From positions 5,782,422-5,846,421 of the forward strand of contig NC_092678.1 of NCBI RefSeq assembly GCF_964355755.1: DNA of 64,000 nt. The letters run 5' to 3'. Both the position numbers and the translations under genes were made by a program. The notes beneath the pieces were generated by a model. The model did not search any database. It was not told the origin of the DNA and saw only the letters and a list, made by a program, of their open reading frames with translations. This document shows positions 35,340-50,300 of the stretch, in pieces (position 1 is the stretch's first letter; every line of letters starts with the position of its first letter). This stretch comes from Antedon mediterranea (Eukaryota > Animalia > Echinodermata).

Positions 35340-38300
35340 CTGCGAAAAAAATATTGAGACAGTAATAACAAAGCCTACGTCAACCACGTGGAATAAGACA
35401 TATGGCGTAAGCCAGCAATGGCCCAAGAATATGACTTGAAAGCCAGCTTCAACCACATGGAAAAATCACGATTTTAGTGGGAGGGTGTAAGAATATAAAT
35501 CCCCCATTGCAATTTCAACTTCTGAGAGTTTATACGCTAGCTTTTGTTCTTGTGCAATCTCATCTTCTTCAAGTTTCGGCATAATCTGTGAGACGGAAAA
35601 GAGAGACGATGAAGGAAGCTTTTAGTCCGACTTGGTTGTTGGTTTTTCAAAACTATTTTTTAGGATTTTTAAATTTTTTTGAGAAAATCACAAAAATTTT
35701 AAGAACATTTTAAAATTAATTTGTATCTATATTACGATTAATATTACAATTTTATAGACTTAAGTGCAAATTATGTTAATAAAAAAAGCAAACGGGGAGG
35801 GAATGTGCAGGTTAATTATATTACTTTATATTTAAAAAGGAATTGTTTAATGCATTTAAAAATCAAAAAAGTTGTTGGTTAAATTATAAACAAAATAAAA
35901 GGATTGATAAAAATTGAAAAAAAAATTTTAAATTTATAAACCATTTAGATTTTTTCAAAAGCGTTTTTATCATGCATATTACAGTACTACTAAATTTTGC
36001 TTCTATAACAACCAAGTTCAGTATAAGTGCTTCCTTCATCTTCCCGCACTCTCTCCCTGTCTCCCCAGCGCAACCCCACGTCTTCCTTCATCTTCCCGCA
36101 CTCTCTCCCTGTCTCCCCAGCGCAACCCCACCCCCACAAACAAAAAAATGTTCAAAACCATCCATGCGAAACAAATTAAACAAAAGTTTTTGCAACATTC
36201 ATGCATGACTGGTTTTAGTCATGCTTCAATGAACATTTACATGCAAGACTGCACACAACAACAATGCAATTTTTTTTCCTCATTTGTAAGGAAACATAAC
36301 ATAATATTTTGGTGGTTTAGAGTTTCCACGCCTGTAAATTGATATATATATAGATATATTTGGCAATATTATAAAAATATAAAATGGGTTTTTTCCTAAC
36401 TGTGGAGTGGGTAAATGTATGAAGAAGATGAAGCAGACAAACATGCATTGACAAGAAGCAAAGATTTTTTCTATTTTACTACAATCAACGGAAGATAAAA
36501 CATAGATTTTTCGATCGATATTTTGGTTGTACAAGAAATACAGTTTGTAAAATTGATAATAAAAAATTGATTATACTATGCACAAACAATTTTAACAGAG
36601 AGCAAAGCACAGAAACACGGTTGTTAATTTTCCACCACCACAATAAAAGCCAAGACAACTTACGGTTGTATTTAATATTTATATTTATTATGTTATCAAT
36701 TATAAATGCAAAAAAAAAAGAAAAAAAAACAAAATGCAAGCAAACAAATTTTTAAATGGCATTCAATATTAGTAATCTATTCTAATGATTAGACTATGGA
36801 AATATAATTATGATATGGTTTTCATCGAGTGAGGTGCATCAAAAAAGTTTTCTTTCATCTATGTTTTTTCTTCTGTTTATACAAATCATGAAATTCCGAA
36901 ATGTTCTTTTATGACCTTTTAACCTTGGAATTATTGTGAAATATTTGGTGGTAAAAACTGAAAACCATATACTTTGGCTGTTAAAGCATAGTTTTTCCAC
37001 AAAGAATGATGCCTATAAAATGTGCTACCCAAACGTAATGTGTTAGTACTGTACACCATCTCTGAGAGGCTAGACATAACAGCCTGCCGACAGTGACTGC
37101 CAGGCCCACTGGCCTAGGCAAGATCAGTGAATTACTAGGTGTCTATATTCAGTCTAAAGCAGGGTGAAATTCCATGCAAGCATGCAATACAATACTAAAA
37201 AGCATAGCAACATTAATTGTGATTTGGTAAGCTAAAAGTATATGCAAAATAGCAAAAGTTGCACTAAGACTACTCACGATTTCCCTGTATTTTCGTACAT
37301 ATGTGTAGTACAGTTCGTTGAGGGCAGTCTGCTCATGGAAATCATACTTGTGCTTTGTTGAGTGATCTCCTAGCACCCTGTTCATTTCTTGATCACTCAC
37401 TGCTGGCCTTCGTTGAATTTCTGTGTAGTACCTGTTGGATAAGATTCCAAAGTAGAAATCATTTAAAATTGGAAAACATCAACAAAAGTGTTCAATGGGT
37501 GTCTCAAAGGAGGGCTTCTACTGTATTTAAACATTGTTTGGTTACTGTTGGGAGGGCTCTCAAAATCACAGCCGTAGCCACCAGTAAGGTTGGTAACGTT
37601 TCAACCTGACCACTTTTCCACAGAGGCTTTTGACAACCCAGTGGCTTGAACAGAGATTATACCCTTTTCTTATGAAAACCGCCCCACTTTATTTCTTGTG
37701 GCTACAACACTAAATCAACTAATACTGTCACGCTTCTGGATTTTCATTTCTCAAATTTGAAAACTCTATCTTGTTACAACTTATTAGGTAAAAAAATGGC
37801 TTACTCTGCTACTAATTTTTTATAGTTCGGGATATCCTTGGCATATAATAGTTTGCTGGAAGGTGACTCTTTAGTAAGTTGATGTTCAGATACTGAACAG
37901 GAGTCCATTAATGTTTGTCCGATAATTGACAAGCATGCATCCACTGCGTCAGATTTGTGAATGTCAAAGATCACATCTGGGTTCTTTATAAGATTCACCC
38001 AGAACCTTAATGGTAAGCTGTGAAAAAGAAAGAAATACGATATATGATATGATGAATAATAATAACATACTTTGGATTTCTTCCTTCAATGATGTATTGT
38101 CCTTCAAAAACATGAAAAAGAATATGCCATTTTGTAGTTTTAATCAAGTTAATCACTTCCGCAGAAAAAAAAATTGTTATTACTTATAAAAAGAAAAAAG
38201 AAACTGTTAAATTCAACCAACTGGTGCCAATATGACTATTTGCTTTAAATTACAGTTCTGTCAGGTAAATAATGATTTTTTTTCTATCAAATTTTGGTCA

Positions 38301-41300
38301 AAGGGAATGACCAAAATGGCATTTTCAACAAACAAATTTAAAAACATTCTAATTTTAATACAAACAAATTCTATGGAAGGCAATCAGTGCCATAGAATAT
38401 AAAATAAATACAAAAGTAAAATAGACCTTCCAAGAAAATTGTTTTACTTGTGTTTTTGGCGACAATAGCTTTCCATACAATTTAACTACACTTACCTATT
38501 ACTTTTCCATGCGTGTACTACCTCTGGATTCGTAATTCCATTTTCCTTTGCTTGATCATCAAAATAATCAAAGAGATACTTGATAGGAAGCGGTACATTT
38601 GCTGCTTCCCTTCGAACATTTAGTATGGTGGCGAAAAGTTCATCTACAAATTTCTGCAATGCACCCTGCAAAACATAAATTAAAACATTTGTTTTACTTA
38701 ATAACAATTAAAACAGCACAGTACAGTATTTTCTCTGGTGACTGCAATATTAGCAAGGAAAAAAATTAAACATTATATTTGTAAACAATCAATATCTATC
38801 CGGGACACATACTGCAGAGGTTTTCATGACTCAAATGTTGCAATACTCGCAGCAAGTGTATTGGAATCAATATTTATCTGAAGACTACAGCATTGGAAGC
38901 AGAACACATACAACAAGAGGTTCAATCGAACACTCCCTTCTTATACACAAAAACTGTCACACACTACTACTACACATCATTTCAGACTTCTATCTTAAAC
39001 ATTGATATCATGAGATTTAAATGTAAAAATAATTACCTTGGTGTACAACAACCTGGTCAAGAAGATCTCCGATACCATTCTATTGCCTCTATCACCTTCT
39101 TGGTTGTCATTGTCGCCATGTTTGACAAGATGACAAACTTTGACACTGTTTTCTGAATCACCCTGACCCAACATTGGGGACATTGACCTACTGGGGCTTG
39201 ATGTGACATGGCTGTTCACTGTAAGTGTACAAATAGTAAATTAACAAGTAGTTATTAGACAAATTATCAAGTATGCAGTAAATGTAAGTTGGCACGGCCG
39301 AAAATATGTTTTTTATTATATTTCTGATGAATAGACAAATCCTCCTTGTATATATGTAACCATTCTCTCCATTCCATGAATACAAAACTTAATTCGCTGC
39401 CTCTACCTCGGCAATAAGTTCGGGTGTAATAACACCAATAAATAAAACAAATAATATGAAACTAATATTGAACATCACATGATATGAATTAACCAATCAA
39501 ATCGCAAGGTGTGTACAAAACTTACTATATCTTGGGTGGGTCAAGGTTGAATTACAGCCCTGTTTGTTTATTAGGGTGATTGATGCCCCATTTCTGATCT
39601 GAAAGATAAAATATATATATATAAGTTAGAATAATTGTTTTTACAATTTTCACTAAATATATAATAATAATAGATAGATTTATATAGCGCAAATAAACAA
39701 TGTCTCTATGTGCTTGACAATAAATAGAAAGAGTGGAAACCAAAAGGAAGAGAACAAAGAGACAAAAACACCAAGCTAGCACCCATCACCGCTAACTGGG
39801 AATCAGTGTTTGTTTGTTTGTTTTTTTTTTGTTTGTTTGTTTGTTTTTTATCTTTATACTGGGTAACCTCTTCAGTCAAAGACTGATCTCCCAGAGGGCC
39901 CAGTTGGTGATCAGTGGCTGTGATGTACTAATACACCGGGGTAACCCCCTACTCATCTCGAAAGATGTACTAGGTTCTTTAAAGTGCACACGAGCAAGTT
40001 GTGTACACTGGACCTACGGTTTATAGTCCTTATCCGAGAAGACTCGTTCTACCACCAGAACCATGGAGTGAGTGAGCCTCGAACCCCTGCCGATGTTATG
40101 GCTACGTGATTACGGTTCCACTGTCTTAACCGCTCGGCCACTCACTCACTCACTCTTAAGTGTGTATATTTCAAATTGATATACCAATCGAAAGACAAAT
40201 TACTGCATAAATGACAATGCTGTGGGTATCAGTGGCTGGATCTCAATAGAGATATAAAAAGAAAACCAAATCGAAAAGATTAAATTCAAACAGCTCGGAA
40301 GAAAAGGCAAATTACACTATTCCTTCATTTAGAGCTATAATCCCAAATTTATACATTCATGCGTATAGTCATCACAATTCAATTAGCTGGGATGTAATTG
40401 GTGGTAATCAAAATGTCATTACTCCCGATCACAATTCTCGGAAGCATTAAAACTCAAAGGTCAAGCAAGGGCATAGAAAAAGTTAGCCTGCAGGAAAACT
40501 ACCATTTAAAAAAATTTATTTTCTTACCCTTTCTATCGAAATAATTATGTAGACATACAGTCTAACATCATTGACACTAATAGTAAATGCAACTATCAAT
40601 TCTTCCATTTAATTTTCATAACAATTTATATTTGAATATTTATTATATTTTGTCTCAAGATGAAAGAAATTATTACATAATAAAAACAACTGTACAAATA
40701 TAATATTAATCATGTAACCTTTTCAGAAAGTGAATTCAAGTTGACTTAATCAAACAGGAGCCAAGATGACTAAAGAAGATAATAGATAGTGTAATCAAAC
40801 CATAGACAACATGGGACTCATTAAAATGCTAATTAATTTACTTACCTCGTAAACGCTGAGTGTATTCAGGCGTTTCCATTCGCCGTCGCCTTTGGTGTAG
40901 TCGTTTTCATCCTGGAGTGTCAAACGTCCGGATGTATTTTTCCACTCTAAGAAGAAAAGTTGGAAAAACTCTTACTAAAGGAATAACGCTTTAAAGTTGT
41001 TAACAAATTTACATTATTCCTTAAGCTCTATCTACACTATCACACTTTATGTGACAAAAAAATGTGATGTGCCCATATATGGACATGATGATGTCATATC
41101 ACTACCATGTTTGACCATATTATCACTTCCATATTTGGGCACATCACGCTTTTTTTTTCAAACTAGTTTGATAGTGTAGACAGAGCTTAAGGTTAAGTAT
41201 CATTGATCAATCCATATTGAGGGGACACATATTAAAGGGACACTATGTTAGGCTCTGAAAGTGTCTTAATAGGGGTTTTACTGTTTTGTCTGGTAGAGGC

Positions 41301-44300
41301 CTGGTACTGTATTACTGTATTACTGCATTACTGTATACTAACCTAATTCGACTGTATCTGGTGAAGGCCTCTGACTATATGGTACATTTTTGTATAGAGC
41401 ATCCATTATTTTTTCTTTTGCTTGCATAATGGTATCGATGCTCAGCACCTTTACTTCTACTGGATCCTTGGCGGGGTCCAATCCTATTGCATATATATTC
41501 TGAAAAGGTTAAAAAAATTATTATTTGTTAAAAATATCTCATCTCACGAAATTTCATTAGGTACTACATATGTACATAAAAATACTTTGTCAATTTACCA
41601 GAGTTTCGTATTCAAGAATTTCTCGAATAAGTTTGCCTTCGTTCAATGAATATCTCGCATCAGCCGTAACAGCATCTACTGGGCCACGTTCGACATGTAT
41701 CTTGATGGCGCGAAATAGCCGGTATAGAGGCGCCGCCGCAGATTCTTGAAGGTAACTGTGCAAGAGGAAAGACAACCAATTGCTGACAAACTTCTCTGCT
41801 ACAGACTCATTTCTGGAAAAGTAAATTTTGAATAAATTTAACCAGGTTTAACCAATTTTAGGATTGTTGGTAAAAGATTCACCTACCCACAATCTTTAAG
41901 AACAATGTGAACCTGCTCTAGTAGTAATTGTTATTTCATGAATCCAACATGTATGTAAGCTACATAGCTTATCAGAAGGTATTTTTCAAGAAAGTTTTTA
42001 AAAGTTTATCAGTGTGGACTAGTTGACAAACCTCAGTAGAAAAATATATTTACTTCTTGACAAACTAGCTTGATGAGGTTCGTAAAAATTCCTGCAGTAA
42101 TAGAAGCTCTAGAATAAAAAATTCCTACAGCAGTGGTAAAATTAGTCTGGGTTCCAGACGGAGTTTTGTCTTAATATTAGTTAAAAGATAAATATTTTGG
42201 CACATATGGCGTTTCATACGTATACTACTTGATTTTGGATACTCCGTTTGGGGAAACACGCACAAGTCACGTGGTTTGACACCAAGAATTCTTGGTGCAT
42301 ACGATTATCCGGTTGACTAGTTTCAGCTGCATGCGATTGGCTACTCTCTCGTACACCGTTTAAATATTCATATTTCAGAATTTCAAAGACTCAACAACTA
42401 AGATGATGCGCATGCGCTATGTTACGTTTAGAAAATGTGTACTTGGGTACATTTATGAAAGTTCTGAAGGCTAGAAATTATTTTATATGCCTAGTAGTCT
42501 GGTAAACATTTGATGGGATCTTTGAAACATGAAAACTCGTCTTGATATATGATACTAGGCTAGCTTCTCCGCAAATCAAACATTGAATGGATCATTTATT
42601 ACGCGGAGATAATTTTGATTTAATTCCCACCCAGACCCTGTCCTGTTCTGTGTGGTGGTGTAGCCCTGTTGTGTGCCGGTGGTATGTAGGCCTACTTCAT
42701 TGGCGTTTTATTTGGCAGGTCATACGTGCGAGTTGAGTAGGACCTACGAAAGAGGCCTAGGCCAAGGACTAAACAATTAATAAACAAAACAACTTGGCAT
42801 TACTATTTATATTTCAACAGTCTCGATCGTACATTAAGCACTGGTAGGCCTACGTACTCGATCTCTTTCATTTTGAAACAAAATGATCATTGGTTGATTC
42901 GAAATCCATATTTACATACCACCCGCCCCATATAGCCAAATACGGTATGATAACCTACGTCATTCTTATCGTATGTTTGCGGTCTGCAAATCGATTTCTA
43001 TACGTGTTTCACAAGTCTGTATTTTCAGACAAAAATCGCGGTCGAAATAAAAACAAATAAATAAAAAAAAAGAAAATACAGACTTGGGGCAAGTCTATGG
43101 TAAAATCAGCAAATAAAAGTTAGTTTAGACTATGGTTTAGTTGGAATATATTAGGTGGTTTCTGTATTTAAAAAAAGTTACAATATATCAAGTTTTATAT
43201 TAGAATTCATGTGCTCCCATAGCCTCCAGTAACACTTGGTTCACACTAGGAAGTAACACAAGGGTTTAAGCTGCAACTGAATTGACCAATGACAAGCGGC
43301 AGTTCAAATAGACCATCACTTTTGATTGGTAAATTTGTTTGTTTGCGTCCTAGTGAGAACATGTGCTGTCTGTAGTTTCTAGTGTTTTGCTTTAAAAATA
43401 TTACAATTATAAACCGCTACCTTCTCATGAGTAACCTTGCTCTGTCCTGATCAACTCCTTTCTCAATAAGATCAGCCAATAGCACCTTCAGGATATCGGT
43501 AGCATAATCCATTTTACTCTGCAGAACCACAATCAACAAGGACGCCACATTACTTTTGTCTTTAATAGTGAAAGACGACTGACTTTCCAATGTGCGAATA
43601 AATAAAAGCAAAAATGTTTTGTTGTTTATCAGGCTGCCAAATTGTTGTAAACCCATATCAACTTTTTCTGATCGCACACCATTTTCCTGTGAGTGAATAA
43701 AACATAAATATTAGAAAGAGAGGGAAATGATGAAAAGTGATGGACATAAAAAGGAATTTGGGAAGGGGTTACGAGGATAACGAAGGTATGATAGGTAGGA
43801 GATAAGTGGAAACAAGGCCGACAAAATAAAGGTGTAACAATAAAACTTACAGGGAGATCACGTAAAATTGGATGATCAGGTTGATCCGGAAACAGAACAC
43901 GCAGGATACAACTACGGAACTCCCGGTATGGAATTCCTTGATTCTCATATTCCTCGTTGGTCGGCAATTCAATTTCGATTTGAAGTTCGGCAAATGCTGA
44001 AGAAAAATTCGCAAAATATTACTAGTCTATAAATACTTTGTTTACTGTTACATGATAACCATACCCTGGATATAGTAAGCACGGTATACATGCTAAATTG
44101 TATTACTGCTGCTGGTGGGACTCTAAAGCAGGCAATGAAATAAAGGAGACATATTGCAGTTTACTCTTGAGCCTTACTGCATGCTCTCTATTAATAACTA
44201 CCAAGTTATTACAGTATAGGACCTGAGAACATTGTATTATTTAAAATTACGAATTATAATTTGAATGCAGTTAGGGGAAATATGGATAAATCAGCACATG

Positions 44301-47300
44301 TAGTCATGTTACAAGAGTTGTTAAAACAATATAGATTATCTGATAAAACTTCTAGAAAGTAGGAAGCCTTCTGCCACTTTTCCTCTGATTGAATGTATAA
44401 ATAAGAGAGGCGTGTGGGAAGCAAGGTTCAAGATACCAATTGCCTCGTCTTTCAAATGCGATGTAAAGCAATTTTGCAGATGTGAGGACATAATTAGGAT
44501 TTCCTCAGAAGTCTCTGGTCAAACTTAAAATGATAAATATTTCATTTACATACAGTAGAATCTCTATTAAAGGGACACCTTCAGAACCCAACAAAGTGTC
44601 CCTTTAATAGGAGTTCTATTTCGATGTATGGCGGTTCTATTATACCTTCTTTACACTCCTGTGCCACTTTCATCTCAAGCTGGTCCAATTGCTGCCTAAA
44701 CTGCGTAATCTTTTGTTCACTTCTGCCTGCTTTGCATCGATAAATACAAAATCCAACGACAATAAGAATGACAATAATTAAGATAGCAGCTATGGCGATC
44801 ATCTGTTCCAATGGTAGAGGAAGAGGCCATTTGTAGTATTTTAACAACCCCACACTGAAGTTCAGGTTTCCATGGTAAACCTAAACAAATATCAATAGAA
44901 TTAGTAGGAAATATGGTAGTATTCGTTTGCATGGTGTCAACACATGCCCCTATTTACAACTGGGTAGAGAGAGCAAGTGTCTTGGCCATTGACACACGCA
45001 TTATAAGTGTTGGTCTTGAACGCCTGATCTCTCGATTAGAAGTCCAATGTCTAACACAATGTACCACATGCTCTAGAACTAAAACATAACAACACTTACT
45101 ATAACTTCTGCGGCGCCGTCAGACCCATCCAGGCTTTTAGGTTGGTCTTCTGGTGGCTTACATGTTAAGTGCAAAAGTCCGATGTCTTTCACCTCGCAAA
45201 CTCCTTTACCAATTCTCACTTGAACGTCTTCTTTCTGCGATGCTAGATTCAGATTTCTACCCTATGGTGAACAAACGAATGCAAAAAAATTTAAGAAATT
45301 ATTTCAATGTAGTGTCTAGGAGCTACAGTAATTGGTCAGATTTTTTCATCTACTCTGACGTAATTGTACTTTCCATTTAGGATCTACACGTATTGTGTGA
45401 ATAGTGTACACACATATTTTATTAACTATTCTGAGAGAGGGTAACCTGTACAGTTTTTTTTTATTAGAAAGAGGTCATCCTCTGAACCTAGGACCTCCTA
45501 AACAACTGTTGAGTAAGCACGCACATTTTAATGTCCATGTTTGTGGACAATGAATTAACATGACTCATTATGACCATTGTCACAAACTGAAAGCTGAAAC
45601 AAGTAGTACAACAATTCTTACAGGAATAATCAAATTCTCATCCTCGTTCTTGTTATATTCATTATCTTCAAGATCGAAATATTCCGGATCGACAAAATAT
45701 TCAAATGGTGGATACTCTCCATCCAAACTTTGGTACTTGGTGACGCCATCGAGTATAAATCCGTATTCTGGAATAGACATGTAGTTCGTTTCCTCCAGTG
45801 GCATGAACTTGGCACTGATGTTTGGTGCCTTACACGTCATTGAAACACCAAGACTGGAGGCATTGAAACATTCCTGCAACAATCAAAATGTGTATTAGTA
45901 TATATTTTTTTATTTTTTTATTTATTGTACATCCAACAGTGTAAACACCAATTACAGGATGAAAATATACATATATAAATAAATAAGAACTATATAACAA
46001 TTAGAATCATCTAATCATATAAATCTTCACCATCAATTTTTGTTTTCTCTTTCATCTCTTTCTCCCACACAGAGAAAACTTATGAGGCCATTTATTAATG
46101 ATGTTGTTTTTTGGGTAATAGAGTATTTCTGTAACAACCGTTTAATCCTTAAAAGACAAATTGAGGGCCCTTTCTCAAGGATTATGGGGGCTATAAGTAA
46201 AAAGCTTTAATAGAATCTCTCCTTTGGGACAGCTCTGGAGACACTTTCCCAAGAAACAAACAAAAAAAATTAAAGTTTAACACTATGGTCAAAGATTTCC
46301 CCTTAATGAAACTCTAATATTTTTAAAATAACACTATTTTTCAAGGGAAAAATCTGTTAAGAGATACTTTTTATGCCCCAAAGGTGTCCCCTTAATAGAG
46401 GTTAAAGTAAAGTAAAAGTAACACCTACTCCTCTGAATTCTTGACTGTCTATCGTCATCGTCAATATCTTCTTTTTTGCTACGTGTAGATTAAGCCCTTT
46501 GACTTGAACTCTGGTTCCTCCACTAAAAAATATAATAAATTAATTAATTAACGAATTACACAAACAATATATGGCAAAACTCTCTCCGCTGCAGCGTTGT
46601 TGGACACTAAGTTGACATGTTTTGCCTTTATTCTTCTGGTTTTATATGAAAAACAACTGAAACTAAAGTGGTATTGTTGAGTGATTATGGCAAATATATG
46701 AGCCCCATTTGGTGGCAGCTACAAACAGGTTATTGTCTGTGTGACATATTTACTCCACTGGGCTTTAAGCCAAATTTTTTAGAAAGCACATTACAAATAC
46801 AAACCAATCCTCTCTCTGAGCAATACCAGGAAAAATAAAAATCATTTCACCTTGCAATGGCGTGTCCTGGTAAGATCTTGGTGATAGTGGGGTCTGTTTT
46901 GTAGTAGAACATAACGTTACTGTCATCCTTGCCATTGTCAATCATTAGCACGACATCACCAATTGTCACGTTTGTAATCACTGGCGATGTCACACAATGT
47001 ATTGTCCCATCCTCTTTTCTCCTAAAGGATTAAATAAAGTAATTGAATTGAATTCTTTATACAGTATTTTAAAATCATGCTAGCTTAATACAAGCCTTGC
47101 TTTAGGTGGGTTGCATTTTCCCATCATATATAGACTTATACAGACTTACTGTATATCCAGGCACGGTTGATCTGCAATCGTAACATTTACACTTGTACCA
47201 GCATCTAAATTATCTCCCTCTAAAATCACATCAGTTCCTCCAGACATAGGCCCCAGAGTGGGCTCAATCTTGGTTACTTCTGGAATCTAGATATGTAGTG

Positions 47301-50300
47301 AAAGAAAAAAATAGTCAAAAAAGTCTGGATGAATGATCATGTTGCTCAATTCAGAAGTGGTCATTGGCTGAGGTGAAGGGAAGGGTATTATTCAGTGGAT
47401 ACCCAGATATCAAAATGGAATTTAGGTAGTGCATAGTTGCACACAATTTTCTTGATAAATTAATGCTATACAGTATATGGAGATACAGAACTAGTTGACC
47501 TGCTAAAAATCAGAAAAACGTCTGTCCTAAAAATTTAAACAAAATTGATTGTCTTATACTTACAACAAAACTATACTTTTCTTCTGACGTGGCAGAATAG
47601 GTCGTTGACTCTTTACTGATCTTAACTTTGACCCAGCTACTCAGCCTTGTAGGTGTGCTACTCAGTGTGCATTGCAACCTGAAAACACGAAGGAACAATA
47701 TTTAATGTAAAGAATTACAATCTAATCTAGTAGTGAAGCTTGGTGGTTAACATGCTTGCCTTCCAATACAGGGTTCAATCCTGACATGGCCAGGGTAGTA
47801 ATTCACGACTCTTTCAACTCCACTTCCTAAGACTTAGTTTATAAGATAATATAATAATAGATTATAAAATAATTTGTTATATCTACTCAATAATATGCTA
47901 GACAATCACTATTCAGGGTCAAGAGACACTTCATTCTAGGTGTTCCCTTAAAGGTTTATACCATACTGTTCACATATAACATTTATTATTTCTCGCAACC
48001 TAAAAATATCTTTTCTTTGATCAATACTTACTGTTCTGATGGAATGTATCCTTCCTCTTCCGTCACGCAGTTGACGTTATCAACCATGATGCTTTCCGTG
48101 TCGTTGAACGCTAGACCAAGGTTCTCTCCTTTGATGATCAACTGAGTACCTCCTTTTATAGGTCCTTTCAGAGGGCTGAACTGTAGATGACAAATATATC
48201 ATTGGATTAGGAATACTTAATGAAAAAGCGTTTAAAAATTGAACTGGTGGTAATGGTTATTGATGCCGGTATGCTGTTGGTAGTAATGTTAGTAGTGGTA
48301 TTAATGTTGTTGGTGGTGGTAGTAATGTTATTGGTGATGGTAGTAATGTTATTGGTGATGGTAGTAATGTTGTTGGTGGTGGTAATAATGTTGGTGGTGG
48401 TGGTAACAATGTTGTTTGTGAGGGTAATGTTGGTGGTGGGTGATGGTAGTAATGTTGTTGGTGGTGGTAGTAATGTTGTTGGTGGTGGTAATAATGTTGC
48501 TGGTGGTGGTAATAATGTTGTTGGTGGTGGTAATAATGTTGTTGGTGATGGTAATAATGTTGTTGTTGGTGGTAATAATGTTGTTGGTGATGATGGTAAT
48601 AATGTTGTTGGTGATGGTAGTAATGTTGGTGGTGGTTGGTTGAAGTAATGTTGGTGGTGGTTGGTTGAAGTAATATTGGTGGTGGTTGGTGGTAGTAATG
48701 TTGGTGGTGGTTGGTGGAAGTAATATTGGTGGTGGTTAGTGGTAGTAATTTTGGTGGTGGTGGTAGTAATGTTGGTGGTGGTTGGTGGTAGTAATGTTGG
48801 TGGTGGTTGGTGGTAGTAATATTGGTGGTGGTTGGTGGAAGTAATATTGGTGGTGGTTGGTGGTAGTAATGGTGGTGGAGGTGGTAGTAATGTTGGTGGC
48901 AGTGGTGGTGGTAGTAATGTTGGTGGTGGTGGTAGTAATGTTGGTGGTGGTGGTAGTAATGTTGGTGATGGTGGTAGTAATGTTGTTAGTGGTAGTAATG
49001 TTGGTGGCAGTGGCGGTGGTAGTAATGTTGTTGGTGTTGCTAGTAATGTTGTTGTTGGTAGTAATGTTGGTGGCAGTGGTAGTAATGTTGTTGTTGTTGT
49101 TGGTGGTAGTAATGTTGGTGGCAGTGGTGGTGGTGGTAGTAATGTTGGTGGCAGTGGTGGTGGTAGTAATGATATCAATGGACAATCAATGGACATCTCA
49201 TGTGGACAGTTTCCAATGAAATATACGAGGCAATATGATTTAACACTAAAGACCAACCCCTATTCAGAGGATACAACTATCAAAGTGAACAAGAGGCAAT
49301 ATATAATTAACATTAAGGCCTACTCCTATTCAGAGAACAACCCTGCTAAGTTTGTATGTATATCATTATTATTATTTCATTTTCTACTACAATAAAAACA
49401 ATTAAGCAAACATTGCGTTTAAAGAGATATTAACATGCTTATAATTTCCAATTTCCAGACACTGACACACAGATAATTAAAAGTGTGTTTGTATTGCGCT
49501 AATATTTACATGGCTAGCAAACATATATGTGACAAGTTGAATAATGACATTACAATATTTACACAGGCTGTCGCAGTGGCTTCTCCACGATACAGCACGT
49601 ACACCAACGGACGTGTTACTACCGTGCAAGACGTGTTTACAATCACTTTCACACACATCATCTCAAGAACATTTAAGTAGTTTGAGTTTTGCCATGCACA
49701 TTTGTAATTAGTTATAAAATATCTTTTTTTTATGGTGACTATTTTTAGATTTATGAGATTTAAACATGTCTTGTCATCCTAAAAACTGAAATCAAATTAT
49801 ATTTTAATATTAAATTATTCTTTTTAGTTATAAATTCTTGAAAAAATGTGAGCATATAAAAATATGTATCTATACTATTAATGTCTTTACTTGTGTTGGT
49901 ACAAAATTCGTTTACAAAATTTAACTGATTAAAACAAAATATAGTTTTTTGTAGAATATACCTCATAATAAATAGAAAATTATATTGTATATTTTACAAA
50001 TCATAACAAAATAATGGTTATTAACAGAAGTATACAACTTACACTTATTATCTTCGGATTAGGACAAACAACATTGCCATTCAAGAATGGAGCGCCATTT
50101 TGGCAATGATCCTTATACCGACACATGACCTGATTGCACCAGCCGCATTCATATTTACTATCGGCCAGCAAGCACTTGCCGCAGGTGGTCCGGTTAACAT
50201 CACACTTGTAGAGAGTGACTAGATTTAAGATTTATAAGAAACATAAATTCGCAGGTATTCTTAAGCTTTGTCTACACTAGTCTAAAAAAGTTTTCCCAAA

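Noticed and set aside
40720-40770. Possible small plexin exon bounded by tag/gtt
   Set aside because: Stop codon in the required phase; exon 39,526-39,598 already bridges the frame.
48207-49395. Pro/Thr-rich, Gly-rich and Val/Met-rich ORFs resembling mucins
   Set aside because: Triplet microsatellite inside a plexin intron; flanking exons join in phase without it.
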